From contig JAZLBM010000110.1 in the NCBI GenBank assembly GCA_045613705.1, positions 1 through 53,660 of the forward strand: a DNA stretch of 53,660 bases, in the 5' to 3' direction. Below are positions 51,724 through 53,660 of this stretch, one piece after another. A model generated the notes under the pieces. It saw only the letters and a program-made list of their open reading frames with translations, did not search any database and was not told where the DNA came from. This stretch comes from Eubacteriales bacterium (GTDB lineage Bacteria; Bacillota; Clostridia; Oscillospirales; CAG-272). The translations under genes and the position numbers were made by a program. How positions within the stretch are numbered: position 1 is the first letter of the stretch; each line of letters opens with the position of its first letter.

Positions 51724-53660
51724 TCAAATCTGCTTCATACTAAGAGAGATTCGCTTCTTTGCGGTATCCACTCCAAGCACGCGAACACTTACCACGTCGC
51801 CAACAGAGAGCACGTCAGAGGGATGCTTCACAAACTTATTGGAAATTTCAGAAATGTGAACTAGACCGTCCTGGTGAACGCCGATATCTACAAACGCGCC
51901 GAAGTCAATCACGTTGCGAACGGTTCCCGTAAGGATCATTCCGGGCTTCAGATCTGCCATATCCAGAACGTCATCACGAAGAACGGGCGCGGGCAAAGAA
52001 TCACGGATGTCTCTTCCGGGCTTTTCAAGCTCACCCAAGATATCGTTTAACGTAGGCTCACCAACGCCAAGCTCTTCGCAAAGCTTTTTAATGCCATATG
52101 CCGTAGCTTTGCCACGAATATCCTTGAGACCACCGGCGCTGATATCCTCGTTTGTATATTCAAATTTCGAGATCAATGCCAGTGCGGAATCGTAAGATTC
52201 AGGATGCACTCCGGTATTGTCCAAAGGCGTCTTACCGCCGGGAATGCGAAGGAAGCCCGCGCACTGCTCGAAAGCCTTTGCACCAAGGCGCGGCACCTTC
52301 AACAGCTGGGCACGAGTCTTGAACTCTCCGTTCTCTTCCCTATACTTAACAATGTTCTTTGCCATGGTAAGATTGATTCCGGAGATATAGGAAAGAAGCG
52401 AGTAGGATGCGGTGTTTACATCAACACCAACACTGTTTACACAATCCTCAACTACGCCACCAAGGGCGCCGTCAAGTCTGGCAGGCTTCATATCGTGCTG
52501 ATACTGTCCTACGCCAATGGACTTTGGCTCGATCTTAACAAGCTCCGCAAGGGGATCCTGCATTCTTCTTGCAATCGATACTGCCGAGCGCTGCATAACG
52601 TCAAACTCGGGGAATTCTTCTGCGGCCAGCTTGGATGCCGAATATACCGAAGCACCGGCCTCGCTGATCACGGCGTATTTCACGTCGCGGTCAATCTCAC
52701 GAAGCAGCTCTGCAATAAAGATCTCGCTCTCTTTGGATGCCGTTCCGTTACCAATAGCCACCACGTCAACGCCGTGAGTGCGGATCATTCTGCCCAGAAT
52801 GCGCTTTGCTTCTTCAATGCGCGATTTGGACTTGGTCGTGGGATAAACAACGGCGGTATCGATCACCTTTCCCGTACGGTCTACAACTGCCGTCTTACAT
52901 CCGTTTACGTATCCTGGGTCGAAGCCGAGAACCGTTTTTCCTTTAAGAGGCGGCTGCATCAGCAAATGCTTGAGATTGTCAGAGAAAAGCTTAATAGCGC
53001 CTTCACTGGCAGCCTCAAACAGATCGGAGCGAATTTCGCGTTCTACCGAAGGGGCGATCAATCTGTCATAGCCGTCCTCAATAGCCTCAACGATATACTT
53101 CTGCGCAGGTGTTTTCTTTCCCACAAGAATCTGATTGTACAAGTAGTTGAGGATCAGATTAGGATCCACTTCAACGGAAACCTTAAGGAATTCCTCCTTT
53201 TCACCACGGTTGATCGCCAATACGCGGTGAGAGGGGATCTTGTTGATCTTCTCATTGTAATCGTAGTACGGCGCATAAACGGAATCCTCTTCCTTTGCCC
53301 CCTTGGAAACGATAAAACCAAAATCATTGGTCAGCGCTCTGATCTCCTTGCGGAATTCCGCATTATCGGAAACGGTTTCCGCAATGATATCCATCGCACC
53401 CTTGAGCGCATCTTCTGCGCTTGCGACGCCTTTTTCTTCATCCACAAAGGCCTCAGCTTGCTCTTCTATGGAAGGCTCGTAAGCCTCGTTTTGAAGCATA
53501 ATAAGCTCTGCCAATGGTTCGAGACCTCTTTCACGAGCAACCGATGCACGGGTCTTTCTGTGGGGACGGAAGGGGCGGTAAATGTCATCCACCTCGGTAA
53601 TGGTCTTTGCCGCGTCGATTGCGGCACTGATCTCATCGGTCAGCTTCTCCTGCGCAGCAA
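51724..53660 (-). CDS. tex: Tex-like RNA-binding transcription accessory protein (5' end outside the window)
   Basis: The frame stays open from 53592 to the window edge (..QEKLTDEISAAIDAAKTITEVDDIYRPFRP..). YqgF/RuvC-like, HhH and C-terminal S1 domain (GMILTGTVRNVIDFGAFVDIGVHQDGLVHISE). Confidence 0.9.
   Translation of the reverse strand, partial: AAQEKLTDEISAAIDAAKTITEVDDIYRPFRPHRKTRASVARERGLEPLAELIMLQNEAYEPSIEEQAEAFVDEEKGVASAEDALKGAMDIIAETVSDNAEFRKEIRALTNDFGFIVSKGAKEEDSVYAPYYDYNEKINKIPSHRVLAINRGEKEEFLKVSVEVDPNLILNYLYNQILVGKKTPAQKYIVEAIEDGYDRLIAPSVEREIRSDLFEAASEGAIKLFSDNLKHLLMQPPLKGKTVLGFDPGYVNGCKTAVVDRTGKVIDTAVVYPTTKSKSRIEEAKRILGRMIRTHGVDVVAIGNGTASKESEIFIAELLREIDRDVKYAVISEAGASVYSASKLAAEEFPEFDVMQRSAVSIARRMQDPLAELVKIEPKSIGVGQYQHDMKPARLDGALGGVVEDCVNSVGVDVNTASYSLLSYISGINLTMAKNIVKYREENGEFKTRAQLLKVPRLGAKAFEQCAGFLRIPGGKTPLDNTGVHPESYDSALALISKFEYTNEDISAGGLKDIRGKATAYGIKKLCEELGVGEPTLNDILGELEKPGRDIRDSLPAPVLRDDVLDMADLKPGMILTGTVRNVIDFGAFVDIGVHQDGLVHISEISNKFVKHPSDVLSVGDVVSVRVLGVDTAKKRISLSMKQI

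Noticed and set aside
1-53660. CRISPR arrays, transposases, integrases, prophage genes, and flanking direct repeats around the 37-42 kb cassette
   Set aside because: No regularly spaced repeats and no recombinase- or transposase-like ORFs were seen. Comparison of 36986-37155 with 42338-42442 by eye showed no direct repeats. Mobility of the cassette therefore cannot be argued from this window alone.

Overview
A 53.7-kb, gene-dense chromosomal segment that looks like an endospore-forming Firmicute of the class Clostridia. Evidence: spoIIID, dpaA/dpaB (spoVF) and pdaA are present, RBSs are Gram-positive GGAGG-type, extended -10 promoters are common, and GC is roughly 50% by eye. I can support about 48 protein genes, one tRNA-Val(GAC), several promoters and terminators, and one candidate small RNA. 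I saw no rRNA, CRISPR array, transposase, integrase or prophage genes. Most of the window is housekeeping: galE-galM, pgi, a znuABC-like zinc importer with a candidate Zur box, asnA, prfA, tsaC/sua5, a type IIA topoisomerase A subunit, coaE, rlmB, htpG, ispE, tadA, an MsmK-type ATPase and tex. The stand-out is a compact three-gene cassette at 37.09-42.37 kb with its own promoter and terminator. It encodes a TerB-N/TerB-C protein, a DUF2791/BrxD-like P-loop ATPase and an Lhr-like DExH helicase. From memory this triad matches the Shango (sngABC) anti-phage architecture. Its mechanism is unknown, and as far as I know it is untested in Clostridia. Second-tier observations: (1) an 896-aa membrane protein with a hyper-acidic N-terminus and a degenerate P-type-ATPase-like body; (2) an htpG / PDT-ACT-like / TSCPD operon; (3) a ~690-bp non-coding gap downstream of spoIIID holding a promoter-plus-terminator-bounded sRNA candidate and TTGTCAAG repeats; (4) codon-aligned antisense shadow ORFs caused by avoidance of TTA/CTA/TCA codons. 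All family calls rest on motif recognition by eye. No searches were run.
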